A stretch of 64,000 bases of DNA, from positions 54,877 to 118,876 of the forward strand of contig JAEWRI010000044.1 of the NCBI GenBank assembly GCA_023460085.1. The letters are read 5' to 3'. Origin of the DNA: Bacillota bacterium. Lineage in GTDB: Bacteria > Bacillota > Clostridia > Christensenellales > SZUA-584. Below the pieces are notes generated by a model that saw only the letters and a program-made list of their open reading frames with translations, ran no database searches and had not been told where the DNA came from. The translations under genes and the position numbers were made by a program. Of the stretch, positions 24,713 to 35,699 are shown piece after piece (within the stretch, counting starts at the first letter, position 1; the number at the start of each line of letters is the position of its first letter).

Positions 24713-27163
24713 TCAAACCGGCTCCAATCCCCATATCTGCCGGTTGTATTCCGCCACCGTCCTGTCAGAGCTGAAAAAGCCCGCTCCGGCAGTGTTGGCT
24801 GCCGCCCTTCGCGTCCATCCTTCCGCGTCGGAATAGGTTTCCATCACCTGCGCAAAAGCCTTGTCATATGCGTCAAAATCGTACAGCAAAAAGTATTTAT
24901 CCGCGCGGTCGTAGTCTCCCGTCAGCAGCGAATTGTATATGCCGCGGAAAAGCTCCCTATCGTCCACGGGCAGCGTGCCATCCACCAGGCGGGACAGCGC
25001 CCCGCGGATGCGCGCATCCTTTTCAAAGAAATCCATCGGACGGTACGTACCCGATGCCTCGAGCCGGGCTATCTCCTCCGCGTGCGCGCCGAATATGAAA
25101 ATGTTGTCCTCTCCCACCTGCTGAAGCATCTCAACATTCGCACCGTCCAGCGTACCCAGCGTGAGCGCACCGTTCAGCATAAACTTCATGTTGCCTGTGC
25201 CGGAGGCTTCCCGGCCCGCGGTGGATAGCTGCTCGCTGAGTTCGGTCGCAGGAATGAGCTTCTCAGCCAGCGATACGTTGTAGTTCTCGAGGAATACGAC
25301 CTTCATCCGATCCTTCGTACGGGGATCGCTGTCCAGGAGCGCCCCCACCGCGCTGATAAGCCGGATGATGGTCTTGGCCTTGTGGTAACCGGGCGATGCC
25401 TTCGCGCCGAACAGAAACGCAACGGGCTGCGGCAGCGAAAAGCCCGGCTCCTCCGTCATACGGTTATAGAGGTGCAGTATGTGCAGCACCTTCAGCAGCT
25501 GCCGCTTGTACTCGTGCAGCCGCTTGGCCTGCGTATCGAATACCCAATCCGGATTCAGCTCCGCACCCTGCGCGGCGTGTATATGCTCCGCGAACGCGCG
25601 CTTGTTCTCACGTTTCACCTCGGCGAACTCCGCAAGAAACTTCTGGTTCGCGGTATGCTTCCTGAGTTTCTCCAGCTCGTTCCAATCCCTGAGAAAGCCG
25701 CCGCCGATGGTATCCGCGATGAGCTCCATAAGCTTCGGGTTGGCGGAAGCCAGCCAGCGCCGCGGCGTGATGCCGTTGGTGATGGCGAGGAACTTGGCGG
25801 GAGCGATGGCGTAAAAGTCGCGGAAAGTTTTGGTTTTGAGAATATCGCCATGCAGCTGGGATACGCCGTTGACGTGCGCGCATACCGCGATGCACAGGTT
25901 GGCCATGCGGATTTCGTCGTAGGCGATTACGGACATCTTCGAGATGCGATCCCAGTCGCCCGGAAAGCGCTTCCAAAGCTGATCGCTGAACTTGTCGTTG
26001 ATGGCTTTGACGAGGGAATATATGCGCGGCAGCAGCGATTTGAACAGCTGCTCCGGCCACGCCTCCAGCGCTTCCTGCATCACGGTATGGTTGGTATAGT
26101 TGAACATGCGGCTGACGATGCCATACGCTTCGTCCCAGCCCATGTGCTCCTCGTCCAGCAGTATGCGCATCAGCTCCGGGATGGCCAGCGTGGGATGCGT
26201 ATCGTTGATCTGCAGCACCGCCTTTTCCGGCAGCGTGCGCAAATCGCCGTACTGGCGCTTGTGCTCCCGTACGATGTTCTGCACCGTCGCGGAGGCAAGG
26301 AAGTAAAACTGCTTCAGCCGAAGCAGCCGCCCGGCGATATGATCGTCCTCCGGATAGAGCACCTTGGAGATGGACTCGGCCAGCTCCTTCTGCTGTATCA
26401 TACAGGCGTAGTCGCCCTTGTTGAACGACTGCAGATCGAACTCGGTGGGGCACTCCGCGCGCCATAGCCGCAGCGTCGCGGGCATCCTCGATTCATAGCC
26501 CATCACGGGCATGTCGTAGGGAATGGCGTTCACGGCCTGGTAGTCCCGGTGTACAATGCTGAGCCCGTCCTTCGTCCAGATCTCGTCCACGGCACCGCCG
26601 AAGCGCACCTGCACCGCCTCGCCCCGCCGCTCGATTTCCCAGACATCGCCCTTCTGTGTCCAGTCGTCCGGTTCCTCCACCTGCGCGCCGTCCACGATGC
26701 GCTGACGGAATATGCCGTATTCGTAGCGGATACCGCAGCCCACCGCGGGCAGATTCAGCGTGGACAGCGAGTCCAGCAGGCACGCCGCCAGCCGCCCGAG
26801 GCCGCCGTTGCCGAGGCCCGCCTCGTTCTCCTGCTCCTCCAGCTTCTCCAGCGGATACCCGATTTCGCGCAGTGCCTCGCGGTATTCATCCAGCGCGTTC
26901 AGGCTTACCATATTGTTGACGAGCGCGCGGCCCATCAAAAACTCCGCGGAGAGGTAATAGACCTTCTTGAGCCCGCGTTTGCGCGCTTCCTCCACCGCGG
27001 CGACCCACTGCTCCACAATGCGATCCCGCACGGTAAGCGCCACCGACTGGAACATCTCCTCGTCAGAAGCCGTCTCCAGCGTGCGCCCGTAGTATCGTGT
27101 CAGTTTGCCTTCGATATTTTCGCGGATGCGCCTTGCGCTCTCCCTTTTGATTTCACTAGCCAA
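24713..27163 (-). CDS. glgP: Glycogen/maltodextrin phosphorylase
   Basis: 816 aa. LGNGGLGRLAAC and the PLP-lysine region EASGTGNMKFMLNGALTLGTLDGANVE. Confidence 0.96.
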   Translation of the reverse strand: MASEIKRESARRIRENIEGKLTRYYGRTLETASDEEMFQSVALTVRDRIVEQWVAAVEEARKRGLKKVYYLSAEFLMGRALVNNMVSLNALDEYREALREIGYPLEKLEEQENEAGLGNGGLGRLAACLLDSLSTLNLPAVGCGIRYEYGIFRQRIVDGAQVEEPDDWTQKGDVWEIERRGEAVQVRFGGAVDEIWTKDGLSIVHRDYQAVNAIPYDMPVMGYESRMPATLRLWRAECPTEFDLQSFNKGDYACMIQQKELAESISKVLYPEDDHIAGRLLRLKQFYFLASATVQNIVREHKRQYGDLRTLPEKAVLQINDTHPTLAIPELMRILLDEEHMGWDEAYGIVSRMFNYTNHTVMQEALEAWPEQLFKSLLPRIYSLVKAINDKFSDQLWKRFPGDWDRISKMSVIAYDEIRMANLCIAVCAHVNGVSQLHGDILKTKTFRDFYAIAPAKFLAITNGITPRRWLASANPKLMELIADTIGGGFLRDWNELEKLRKHTANQKFLAEFAEVKRENKRAFAEHIHAAQGAELNPDWVFDTQAKRLHEYKRQLLKVLHILHLYNRMTEEPGFSLPQPVAFLFGAKASPGYHKAKTIIRLISAVGALLDSDPRTKDRMKVVFLENYNVSLAEKLIPATELSEQLSTAGREASGTGNMKFMLNGALTLGTLDGANVEMLQQVGEDNIFIFGAHAEEIARLEASGTYRPMDFFEKDARIRGALSRLVDGTLPVDDRELFRGIYNSLLTGDYDRADKYFLLYDFDAYDKAFAQVMETYSDAEGWTRRAAANTAGAGFFSSDRTVAEYNRQIWGLEPV

Positions 27164-27227
27164 ATCCCGCCCTCCGTCGATGCAAAATCCCAGCTGCTCT
27201 CATTCTATGGTTTTCCCATGCCGCCTG

Positions 27228-28718
27228 TCAATTTGCAGAAATTTCCTCACCGCCCGGCCGCATCGCGATATACAGCGCGGCGTAAGACATCGCGCTCCTC
27301 GCAAAGCTCCAGTCCTGTGTCATGCCCGCCTGCCGCAGCGCCGAGAACGATGCCTCGTCGGCGCAGATACGCAGCGCATAGCGTACCGCCGCCAGCATCT
27401 CGTGCGCGTTGTAGTTGTCGAACGAAAAACCGTTGCCTTCGCGCGTGAATTCATTCCACGGCTTCACGGTATCCTTAAGGCCTCCCGTGGCGCGCACGAC
27501 GGGCAGCGTGCCATAGCGCATCGCGATCATCTGCGAGATACCGCAAGGCTCGAAGCGTGACGGCATCAGCAGAAAGTCGCCGCCCGCGTAGACGCGGTGA
27601 GACAGTGCGTCGTCAAAACGCAGCAGCGCGCGCACACGCCCCGGATACCGGCTCTCCGCGTCGCGGAAGAACCCTTCGTATTCCGCTTCGCCCGTCCCCA
27701 GCAGCGCGAAGCTCATGCCCTCCTGCATCATCTCGTCGAATACGCGCAGCACGAGGTCCAATCCCTTCTGCTTCGTCAGCCGTGTCACCATGCATACGAG
27801 AGGCGCGGCGGCGTCCAGACCCAGCTCCGCGCAGAGCGCCTGCTTGCACGCCTGCTTGCCGCCGGGAGAGGCCGCGCTGTAGTGCTCCGCAATCTTCTCA
27901 TCCGTCTCGGGATTGAACGCCTGCGTATCGATGCCGTTGAGTATGCCCACCATATCGTCGGCGCGCGCCGAGAGTATCCCTTCCAGTCCTTCCCCGAAAT
28001 ACGGCGTGCGCACCTCCTGCGCGTAGGTAGGGCTCACGGTGACGAGCTTGTCCGCGAACGTGATGCCCGCCTTCATGAAGTTGGCGCAGCCGTAGTGCTC
28101 CACGAACTGCGGCTGGTTGTAGTGCGCGTCGATGCCCAGCAGCTCCGAAACAAAACCGAAGTCATACTTGCCCTGATATGCGAGACTGTGCATCGCGAGC
28201 AGCGTGCTGCAGCTGCCCTGCGGCTTTCCCTGATACTGCGTTTTGACGAGCATTGGCATCATCGCGGTGTGCCAGTCGTTCACATGCAGCACATCCGGGG
28301 CAAACCCGGCGGCGGGCAGCGCCTCCAGCACAGCGCGCGAAAAGAAAGCGTACTGCTCTCCCTCAAAGTTTCCCCCGCCGTATATCCACTGTCCGAAGTA
28401 ATATTCGTTGTCGATGAGGTACACCGGGAGTCCGTCCCAATCCAACAGCTCCAGCCCGGCATACTGCGAGCGCCAGCCCAGCTGCACCGAGAAGCTCGCG
28501 AGGTGCTGTACACGGTCGGCGTATTGTTCCTTGATGATGCGGTGGTACGGCAGCACCAGACGCACATCAAAACCCAGGCTCTTCAGCGCGCGAGGCAACG
28601 TACCCGCCACGTCTGCAAGGCCTCCCGTTTTGGCGAACGGCGCACATTCGGCAGCGGCCATCAGCACGGTGGGCGGCGTGGATTGTTTTCTGGCTTTCAG
28701 CATCGCGGCGATGTCCAT
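27228..28718 (-). CDS. glgA: Glycogen synthase (ADP-glucose type)
   Basis: AECAPFAKTGGLADV motif, about 496 aa. Start trimmed to the ATG at 28718, 1 nt after the glgD stop. Confidence 0.94.
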   Translation of the reverse strand: MDIAAMLKARKQSTPPTVLMAAAECAPFAKTGGLADVAGTLPRALKSLGFDVRLVLPYHRIIKEQYADRVQHLASFSVQLGWRSQYAGLELLDWDGLPVYLIDNEYYFGQWIYGGGNFEGEQYAFFSRAVLEALPAAGFAPDVLHVNDWHTAMMPMLVKTQYQGKPQGSCSTLLAMHSLAYQGKYDFGFVSELLGIDAHYNQPQFVEHYGCANFMKAGITFADKLVTVSPTYAQEVRTPYFGEGLEGILSARADDMVGILNGIDTQAFNPETDEKIAEHYSAASPGGKQACKQALCAELGLDAAAPLVCMVTRLTKQKGLDLVLRVFDEMMQEGMSFALLGTGEAEYEGFFRDAESRYPGRVRALLRFDDALSHRVYAGGDFLLMPSRFEPCGISQMIAMRYGTLPVVRATGGLKDTVKPWNEFTREGNGFSFDNYNAHEMLAAVRYALRICADEASFSALRQAGMTQDWSFARSAMSYAALYIAMRPGGEEISAN

Positions 28719-28719
28719 G

Positions 28720-29844
28720 CTACAGCACCGAGCCTTTCCGGATAATCGCCGGGTAACTCGCATCACCGACGAGTGTGCGTCCCTCGCGAATGCGGCAGTC
28801 CTTGTCGACGATCACATTTTCCAGCACACAATTCTTACCAATTTCGCACTCCTGCATGAGTATGCAACCCTTCACGCGTGCGCCCTTGGCGACGCGCACG
28901 CCGCGGAAGAGCATGCTGTCCTCCACCGTCCCGCCGATGATGCAGCCGTTGGCGAGCAGGCTGTTGCTCACATTCGCGTGGCTGCTGTACTTCACGGGCG
29001 CCTCATCCTTTACCTTGGTGTACACCGGCTGTCCGGTATAAAACAGGTCCTTCTGAACCTTCTCGCTCAACATATCCATGTTGAGATCGTAGAACGTGTT
29101 GACCGAATCCAGCCGTCCCACATACCCCGTATGCTCCACCGCGAGTATGCGCAGGTTGTTTCCGTTGCGCAGTATCGCGTCGCCGATGAAGTCGTAATGA
29201 CCGTGCGCGATGCTCCGGTCGATGAGGTATTCCAGCAGACTCTTGTGGATCATAAACACGTCCATGCAGATCTTGTCCGACCGGGAATACTTGAACTCAT
29301 ACTCCATATCCGTCACCCAGCCGTTTTCGTCGGTGAACAGCCGGAGCTCGCGATGCCGTTCCGCTTCCTCATTGTTCTTCTGTACGCTGTACAGCAGTGT
29401 GATGTCCGCCTGAGACTCGATATGACGCTTGAACATGGTGTTGTAGGTGGCGGTGAACACCGTGCTGGCACCCGTCAGCAGGCAGTAGGGCTGCGGCGCG
29501 CGGTGGATATAGGATATGTTGGATTTGATGGCATCCGAAATGCCGCGGTAAATGCCGGTATTCTCGGCATAGTCAAACGGCGGCAGTATAAAAAGGCCGT
29601 CTATCTTGCGCGAAAGATCCCATTCCTTTCCCGATCCTACGTGATCCATCAGCGACTGATAGTTCTTCTGCGTGATGATTCCCACGTTGCGTATGCCGCT
29701 GTTCACGAGGTTGGACAGGTGAAAGTCGATGACGCGGTAGCGTCCGCCCACCGGCAGCGCGGCGATGGAGCGCTTCAGCACCAGCTCGCGCAGGTTGTAG
29801 TTTTCTTCTCCGGCATAGATGAGGCCGAAAACGTCCTTTATCAT
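28720..29844 (-). CDS. glgD: Glucose-1-phosphate adenylyltransferase, GlgD subunit
   Basis: 374 aa. A GlgC paralogue ([20 protein letters not shown]) lacking the GGxGxRL loop, with a C-terminal left-handed beta-helix. Lies between glgC and glgA as in Firmicutes. Confidence 0.9.
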   Translation of the reverse strand: MIKDVFGLIYAGEENYNLRELVLKRSIAALPVGGRYRVIDFHLSNLVNSGIRNVGIITQKNYQSLMDHVGSGKEWDLSRKIDGLFILPPFDYAENTGIYRGISDAIKSNISYIHRAPQPYCLLTGASTVFTATYNTMFKRHIESQADITLLYSVQKNNEEAERHRELRLFTDENGWVTDMEYEFKYSRSDKICMDVFMIHKSLLEYLIDRSIAHGHYDFIGDAILRNGNNLRILAVEHTGYVGRLDSVNTFYDLNMDMLSEKVQKDLFYTGQPVYTKVKDEAPVKYSSHANVSNSLLANGCIIGGTVEDSMLFRGVRVAKGARVKGCILMQECEIGKNCVLENVIVDKDCRIREGRTLVGDASYPAIIRKGSVL

Positions 29845-31061
29845 ACGTACACCTCCTCCGGCGCTTCACACTGGGCCGCGGCGCATTCGCTTCCCGGCTC
29901 CACCGAAGCCCCCTCCGGCACCTCCGCGCCCGGCGCGACGCGCACGCGCTGCCCGATGACGGTCAGCTTCCTGTCCCCGCCGATACGGCAGCCCCGCCCT
30001 ACCGTCACATCCTCGTCGATGATCGTCTTATCCACCACGCAGTCCGGGCCGATAACGGTATTCTGCATGATGATGCTGTTGCGCACCACCGCGCCCGCCA
30101 TCACCTTGACTTCCGGAAACAGCACGCTGTTTTCCACGCGCCCGTAGATGTGGCAGCCTTCCGAGACAATGCTCGTTTTGGTGGCGGCGTCCTTGCCTAC
30201 AAAATGCGGCGGCTGGTTGGGGTTCCGCGAGAATATGCGCCACGTCGGGTCGAACAGATCAAACTCCGGGTGATCCTGCAGCAGCTCCATATTGGCCTCC
30301 CAAAGGCTCTGCAGCGTGCCCACGTCCTTCCAATACCCGCCAAAGGTATAGGCAAAGACAAACTCTCCCGCGGCCACCATCTTCGGGATAATATCGCGGC
30401 CAAAATCGTTGGATGAATCCCGGTCCTGGCTGTCTCGGTAAAGCCAGGATTTCACCTTCCGCCAGTTGAAGATATATACGCCCATGGAAGCAAGATCGCT
30501 CTTGGGCATCCTGGGCTTTTCCTCGAACTCATTAATGCGCCCGGTTTCGTCCGTGTTCATAATGCCGTAGCGCGAGGCCTCCTTCAGCGGCACGCGAATC
30601 ACCGCGATGGTCGCGTCGGCCTCCTTTTCGATGTGCGCCTTGAGCATGGCGCTGTAGTCCATCTTATAGATATGATCGCCGGACAACACCAACAGATAGT
30701 CCGGATCGTACCGATCGATAAAAAAGCTGTTCTGCAAAATCGCGTTGGCCGTGCCGGAATACCATTCCCCGCGCTCGCCCTTCATATACGGCGGCAGTAT
30801 AAACACGCCGCCGCTGTTGATGTCAAGATCCCACGGAGCGCCGGTTCCGATGTACGCGTTGAGCTCCAGCGGCTGGTACTGCGTCAGCACGCCCACCGTA
30901 TCGATGCCGGAGTTGGTGCAGTTGGACAGCGCAAAATCGATAATGCGATATTTTCCTCCATAGGGTACAGCGGGCTTCGCCCGGGTTTTTGTCAGCACAC
31001 CCAGCCGTGAACCCTGCCCGCCCGCAAGCAGCATTGCGATGAATTTCTTTTTATTGACCAT
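29841..31061 (-). CDS. glgC: Glucose-1-phosphate adenylyltransferase
   Basis: [39 protein letters not shown]. Start trimmed to the ATG at 31061 (MVNKKKF), which has AAGGAGG upstream and overlaps the end of glgB by 11 nt. Confidence 0.95.
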   Translation of the reverse strand: MVNKKKFIAMLLAGGQGSRLGVLTKTRAKPAVPYGGKYRIIDFALSNCTNSGIDTVGVLTQYQPLELNAYIGTGAPWDLDINSGGVFILPPYMKGERGEWYSGTANAILQNSFFIDRYDPDYLLVLSGDHIYKMDYSAMLKAHIEKEADATIAVIRVPLKEASRYGIMNTDETGRINEFEEKPRMPKSDLASMGVYIFNWRKVKSWLYRDSQDRDSSNDFGRDIIPKMVAAGEFVFAYTFGGYWKDVGTLQSLWEANMELLQDHPEFDLFDPTWRIFSRNPNQPPHFVGKDAATKTSIVSEGCHIYGRVENSVLFPEVKVMAGAVVRNSIIMQNTVIGPDCVVDKTIIDEDVTVGRGCRIGGDRKLTVIGQRVRVAPGAEVPEGASVEPGSECAAAQCEAPEEVYV

Positions 31062-32973
31062 CCTCACGCACCTCCTTAAGATCCTCCGCAAAAACATAAT
31101 ACACCGCGGAAAGCGGCGGTATGCATAATTCCGCGTGATATGGCAGGCCGGCAAAGCCGCCCTCCCGCGCGGAAACTCTTTTTTCAATTTTCATGCCTGT
31201 GCCGCCGTATTCCTCCGCGTCACTGCAGAAAGCCAGCGACAGTGTTCCGTTGGCGGGCAGACCGACGGGCCAGCTTTCCACCGGCACCGGCGTAAAGTTG
31301 AAGGCGCAAACCATGCGCTGCGGGGCAGGCCCGATGCCCGTTCTCAGGAAGCACAGACAGCTGCGGCTGGTGTCATCCACATTAAGCCACGCAAACCCTT
31401 CCCATCCGTCCTCCGCCTCGTACAGCGCCGGATGAGATAAATAACATTCTCCGAGATCCCTCACGCAGCGCTGTATCTGCGCGTGACGCGGATAGTCGAG
31501 CAGAAACCAGTCCAGCGGACGCTTGGGGTCCCATTCGATGAACTGTCCGAACTCGCCGCCCATAAAATTCAGTTTCTTGCCGGGGTGCGCAAACATGAAG
31601 CCGTACAATGCGCGCAGCGAGGAGAACTTTTCATCATAGCTGCCAAACATTTTGTCCAGCATGGACTTTTTGCCGTGCACGACCTCGTCGTGCGAATAGG
31701 CCAGCACAAAGTGCTCCGAAAACGCGTAATGAAGCGAAAAGGTCAGCTTATTGTGGTTGAACTGCCGGAAGAAATGATCCATGGACATGTACGAAAGCGT
31801 GTCATGCATGAAGCCCATGTTCCACTTGAACGAGAAGCCCAATCCGCCCTCGGGCACCGGCTTCGTGATGCCCGGATAAGACGTGGACTCCTCCGCCACC
31901 ATGATCGCGCCGGGATGACGCGTATGAACCGTGGCGTTGAGCTTGCGTAAAAACGCTTCCGCGGAAAGGTCGATGTTGCCGCCGTGTTCGTTGGGGACAA
32001 ACTCGCCCGGGTTCCGCGCATAGTCAAGGTACAACATGGAGGTTACCGCATCCACGCGCAAACCGTCCACGTGGTATACGTCCAGCAGCATCATGGCGCT
32101 GGAAACGAGAAACGATACGACCTCCGGACGCTGATAGTTAAAGATCAGCGTCCCCCACTGAGGGTGGTTGGCCTGTACCGGATTCTGATGTTCAAACAGG
32201 CAAGTCCCGTCAAAGCGTGCGAGCCCGTGGGCGTCTTTCGGGAAGTGCGCGGGCACCCAATCGACAATCACCCCGATGCCCCGGCTGTGCATTACATCCA
32301 CGAAATACATGAAATCCTGCGGCGTGCCGTAACGGCTGGTGATGGCGAAGTAACCCGTCACCTGATACCCCCACGAGCCGTCGAAGGGGTACTCGTTGAT
32401 GGGCAGCAGCTCCACATGGGTGTAGTGCATCGCTGCAAGATAGTCCGCCAGTTCCTCCGCCACCTCGCGCAGGCTGACGTAATCGTAGCCTTCCTTTGTG
32501 CGCCACGAGCCGATGTGCATCTCGTAAATGGACATGGGAGAAGTAAAAATGCTCCGCGCATTCCGCTGCTGCAGAAACGCGCCGTCGCGCCACTCGTACC
32601 CCTCAAGGCTCCATACCTTGGACGCGGTGCGGGGCGCTACCTCTCCGTGAACCGCGAATGGGTCAGACTTGAACTGCACGCATCCGTCACTGCCGGTCAC
32701 GTGGTATTTATAGTTGCTGCCGTCGTTGAGGCCCGGTATCAGCGCAATAAAAACGCCGCCGGGCAGCTTCTCCATCGGGTTCGTACCAAAGTGCCAGTTG
32801 TTGAAATCACCCACCACACTGACGGCCTTCGCGTTCGGTGCCCATACGAGAAAGCGGTGCGCCTTCAGCTCCGGCACATAGTGACAGCCAAACACCCGGT
32901 ATGCCTGCTGCGCCTCTCCGGTGTTAAACAGGTAAATTTCTTCTGTATTTGTATGCCGCGTATTTTCTTTCAT
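31051..32973 (-). CDS. glgB: 1,4-alpha-glucan branching enzyme
   Basis: 640 aa. [29 protein letters not shown] and [10 protein letters not shown]. Confidence 0.96.
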   Translation of the reverse strand: MKENTRHTNTEEIYLFNTGEAQQAYRVFGCHYVPELKAHRFLVWAPNAKAVSVVGDFNNWHFGTNPMEKLPGGVFIALIPGLNDGSNYKYHVTGSDGCVQFKSDPFAVHGEVAPRTASKVWSLEGYEWRDGAFLQQRNARSIFTSPMSIYEMHIGSWRTKEGYDYVSLREVAEELADYLAAMHYTHVELLPINEYPFDGSWGYQVTGYFAITSRYGTPQDFMYFVDVMHSRGIGVIVDWVPAHFPKDAHGLARFDGTCLFEHQNPVQANHPQWGTLIFNYQRPEVVSFLVSSAMMLLDVYHVDGLRVDAVTSMLYLDYARNPGEFVPNEHGGNIDLSAEAFLRKLNATVHTRHPGAIMVAEESTSYPGITKPVPEGGLGFSFKWNMGFMHDTLSYMSMDHFFRQFNHNKLTFSLHYAFSEHFVLAYSHDEVVHGKKSMLDKMFGSYDEKFSSLRALYGFMFAHPGKKLNFMGGEFGQFIEWDPKRPLDWFLLDYPRHAQIQRCVRDLGECYLSHPALYEAEDGWEGFAWLNVDDTSRSCLCFLRTGIGPAPQRMVCAFNFTPVPVESWPVGLPANGTLSLAFCSDAEEYGGTGMKIEKRVSAREGGFAGLPYHAELCIPPLSAVYYVFAEDLKEVREDGQ

Positions 32974-33114
32974 TCGTCCGTCCCCGATACAACAACCCTC
33001 CCGCTGCGGCCTTGCAGAGCGCCGGCAAATCCATCTGTAAGAAATATTCGATACGCTTTACGGCTTTCCCTTCCATTACTGAATCAAAAATTGGGACAGG
33101 ATATTAAGAATCTG

Positions 33115-34074
33115 TTATATTTCCTGTACGCCCTCGCGGGATGCGCCGCGCATGAACGCCCCGATATTTTCCGGGCTGAAGGGCGCAGCCGAAGCGCCCA
33201 GATGCAGCGCCCCGAAGGCTCCGCACGCGCACGCGAACTCCAGCGCCTCCCGAGTGCCCGCGCCGTCCAGCACGCTGTGAATGAGCCCCGCGCAGAAGGC
33301 GTCGCCGGATCCGGTGGTATCCACCGCGCGGATTTGGTAAGCGGGAACATAGCCGGCAAAGCCCTCGCAGCACGCGTATACGCCGCGTTCGCCGAGCTTG
33401 ATAACGACGTTTCGCGCCCCCGCGTCCAGAAAAACCCGCGCGGCTTCTTGCGCGCCGAGTCCATCCGTCAAGTGCGCGCTTTCATACTCGCTGGGCATAA
33501 ACCAGTCCAGATACGGCAGGAACGCCCGGATGCCCGCCAGCTTCAGTCCCTTTTTGTCGGAGGACATGTCGGCAAACGTCAGCGCACCGCAGCGCTTCGC
33601 GTGCGCGAGCACTTGCGCCATACCGTCCTCCTCCAGCTTCACGCAGCCAAAGAAGCTTCCCACCGTAAGTGCACGGGCGTCCGCGATGGCGTTCATCGCT
33701 ACATCGGCAAGGCAGAAATCGTAGTTGTTGCCGGGGCGCGTAATGATGTTCCTCTGCCCATTCGGAGAAATCAACACAACAGCGGCGCTCGTCACGGACT
33801 GATCTGACACCACAATATGCGCGGTATCTACACCCAGCGCGTGCAGCTCCGTCAGAAATATCCGCCCCAGTGCGTCGTCGCCGAGGCGGCAGGACAGGGC
33901 TACGCGGCGGCCCAGCTTTCTCAGCACCACCGCCTGATTCGCGGCATCGCCGCCCGTCACGAGCGATATGTCCTCTATGCGCGTATTGTCCCGGTCGAAC
34001 AGCGTCCTGTCCGCGGGCCGTGCCGCGATGTCCATCACGGCAATACCCAGCGCCACTACGTCAATATGCTTCAT
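33115..34074 (-). CDS. PfkB-family carbohydrate kinase
   Basis: C-terminal PfkB signature DTTGSGDAFCAG and N-terminal VVALGIAVMDI. The start is ambiguous: 34074 chosen, track start 34110. Confidence 0.8.
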   Translation of the reverse strand: MKHIDVVALGIAVMDIAARPADRTLFDRDNTRIEDISLVTGGDAANQAVVLRKLGRRVALSCRLGDDALGRIFLTELHALGVDTAHIVVSDQSVTSAAVVLISPNGQRNIITRPGNNYDFCLADVAMNAIADARALTVGSFFGCVKLEEDGMAQVLAHAKRCGALTFADMSSDKKGLKLAGIRAFLPYLDWFMPSEYESAHLTDGLGAQEAARVFLDAGARNVVIKLGERGVYACCEGFAGYVPAYQIRAVDTTGSGDAFCAGLIHSVLDGAGTREALEFACACGAFGALHLGASAAPFSPENIGAFMRGASREGVQEI

Positions 34075-34177
34075 AGCATCAATATACACCCTTTTCCCGC
34101 GCTTGCCCATATGCCCCCGCGATATAAAAGGAGCCGCCCTTTTGGAGCAGCTCCTTCGCCGGATTCATGGTCTGGCA

Positions 34178-34645
34178 TCAGGCATACATATTGTAGTGTT
34201 CCGCGATCATGTTGCTGGACTTTGCCAGCTTGTAGATATAGATGAAAGGCCCGACGACGATCAGGGAGCCCAGTATGCCCCAGAGCCAATAATCGCTTGC
34301 GCTGAAGCTGTAGGGAAGGTTGCGGCGCTTCAGCTCATTGCCAATGCGGTTGGAAATCCTGTGGAACCATACGAGCGCGCCGATGCCTGCCGTAATGGGT
34401 GCGATAATGAAAATCAGCAGACAAAAATGCATCGTCTTTTTACCGTCGTAGCGGCTTGCGATCACGTTGATATCCTGCGAAATTCCCGAGTAGAATACGA
34501 TAGGATAAATGCCAAGCGTGATAATGCCAAGGAGAATCATTTTGAGCAGGCTTCGTTTGGTGTTGAGCTGTCCGACCGGCGCGGCGGACGGCTGGTACGC
34601 AGGCGGCTGGTACGGCGGGGCTTGCGGAGTCTGATACTCTGACAT
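34178..34645 (-). CDS. DUF4234-like small membrane protein
   Basis: 155 aa. P/Q/Y-rich N-terminus, then TM helices with GIYPIVFY and a second GILGSLIVVGPFIYIY segment. Family call from memory. Confidence 0.55.
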   Translation of the reverse strand: MSEYQTPQAPPYQPPAYQPSAAPVGQLNTKRSLLKMILLGIITLGIYPIVFYSGISQDINVIASRYDGKKTMHFCLLIFIIAPITAGIGALVWFHRISNRIGNELKRRNLPYSFSASDYWLWGILGSLIVVGPFIYIYKLAKSSNMIAEHYNMYA

Positions 34646-34852
34646 GATAACTACCCTCCAGTAATTATAATATTTTGTAAGGCCGTGTCCAGTTTATTAC
34701 CATTATTGCCATGTGTCAATACTATATATAGTATAACTCCTATGCCCCAAAGACCCGAATTCCGCCACACCCTGTGCTTTGTCCGCCGCGCCTTCCGCCC
34801 GCTTATTCAGACAAATGCCTCCGCAGGCACAGCGGACCTTTACGCAAGGCAA

Positions 34853-35680
34853 TTATATAAACTCCGTCACAGCCTGAAGCGGCGCTTTGGGATAGATGTA
34901 CCCCGGCACCGGCATCAGCGGGTTGTAGACCTTCTCCACATCTAAGGTACAAAGGCCTTTGCTCACACCGCCGTAAACGCCCTTCAGCAGCACGCTCTCC
35001 AGCGAGAGGTTCATCACGAACACGGACGCCTTCTGGCCCGGTTTGATCTGCGCCAGCTCAGGCGTATACGGCTTGAGCGTAAACGCGAGGCGGCCACTGG
35101 AAGCCGACGCGGCCTGCACGATGGGCGTGATGCGGCAAAAGCCCTCCTCGTCCTCCGCGGCCATGAACTTGAGCGTGGCGAGACCGTCCGCAAGATTGCG
35201 CGACAGGCGGTTCAGCGCACCGTTATCGTGACCAGCCGCCGCGCCTTTACGTACCCGCGTCAGCAGCGCGTTGCTGATGATTGCGCCCATGGGCAGCGCG
35301 TCCTTTTCTGTGATGTCCACCAGATCGAGGTAGAACACGCGGCTGATGCCAAAGTACGTGTTGTAGCGGAAAAGGGGCTTTTGGTTCATGATGTCGAACT
35401 CCGGCCCCACCGTCTCGGTGTGCGTGTAGACCGCGCGCCCGCGCCACAGCTCCTTATCCACGCTCATCAGCAGAAAGCCCGCATTGGGCCGCTGCTGAAT
35501 AAACTGTTTTGACAGCCCTTCGCAGAACCGCCCGAACATCAGGCTCTTATCATCCTTCGCCATCAGCGTGCTTAGCATGGTGATGTGCGGGTATCCCTCG
35601 TCATCCTTCACCGCGACGAGCGCGATCTTGCTGTCCAGCGCGAACAGCTTTTTGGCTTCCTCCGATATCCTGTCCGGCAT
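34853..35680 (-). CDS. Tandem split-barrel (pyridoxamine-5'-phosphate-oxidase-like, flavin-binding fold) protein
   Basis: 275 aa after trimming to the ATG at 35680, which has AAGGAAG upstream and lies 19 nt after the activase stop. KIALVAVKDDEGYPHITMLSTLMAKDDKSLMF..RPNAGFLLMS resembles the PNPOx-like pattern, and a second similar half follows (LKFMAAEDEEGFCRITPIV). Confidence 0.5.
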   Translation of the reverse strand: MPDRISEEAKKLFALDSKIALVAVKDDEGYPHITMLSTLMAKDDKSLMFGRFCEGLSKQFIQQRPNAGFLLMSVDKELWRGRAVYTHTETVGPEFDIMNQKPLFRYNTYFGISRVFYLDLVDITEKDALPMGAIISNALLTRVRKGAAAGHDNGALNRLSRNLADGLATLKFMAAEDEEGFCRITPIVQAASASSGRLAFTLKPYTPELAQIKPGQKASVFVMNLSLESVLLKGVYGGVSKGLCTLDVEKVYNPLMPVPGYIYPKAPLQAVTEFI

Positions 35681-35699
35681 ATGGTTTCTTCCTTTCTTT

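Noticed and set aside
31984-33807. 607-aa plus-strand ORF, and similar long antisense ORFs (5981-7048, 25382-26467, 28408-30147, 36657-37637, 40413-42113, 44225-45670, 55523-56992, 62253-63278).
   Set aside because: Each lies antisense to, or out of frame with, a gene carrying unmistakable family motifs. Their translations are Arg/Ala/Pro/His-rich and of low information, as expected from stop-codon depletion in high-GC DNA. None has an SD sequence.
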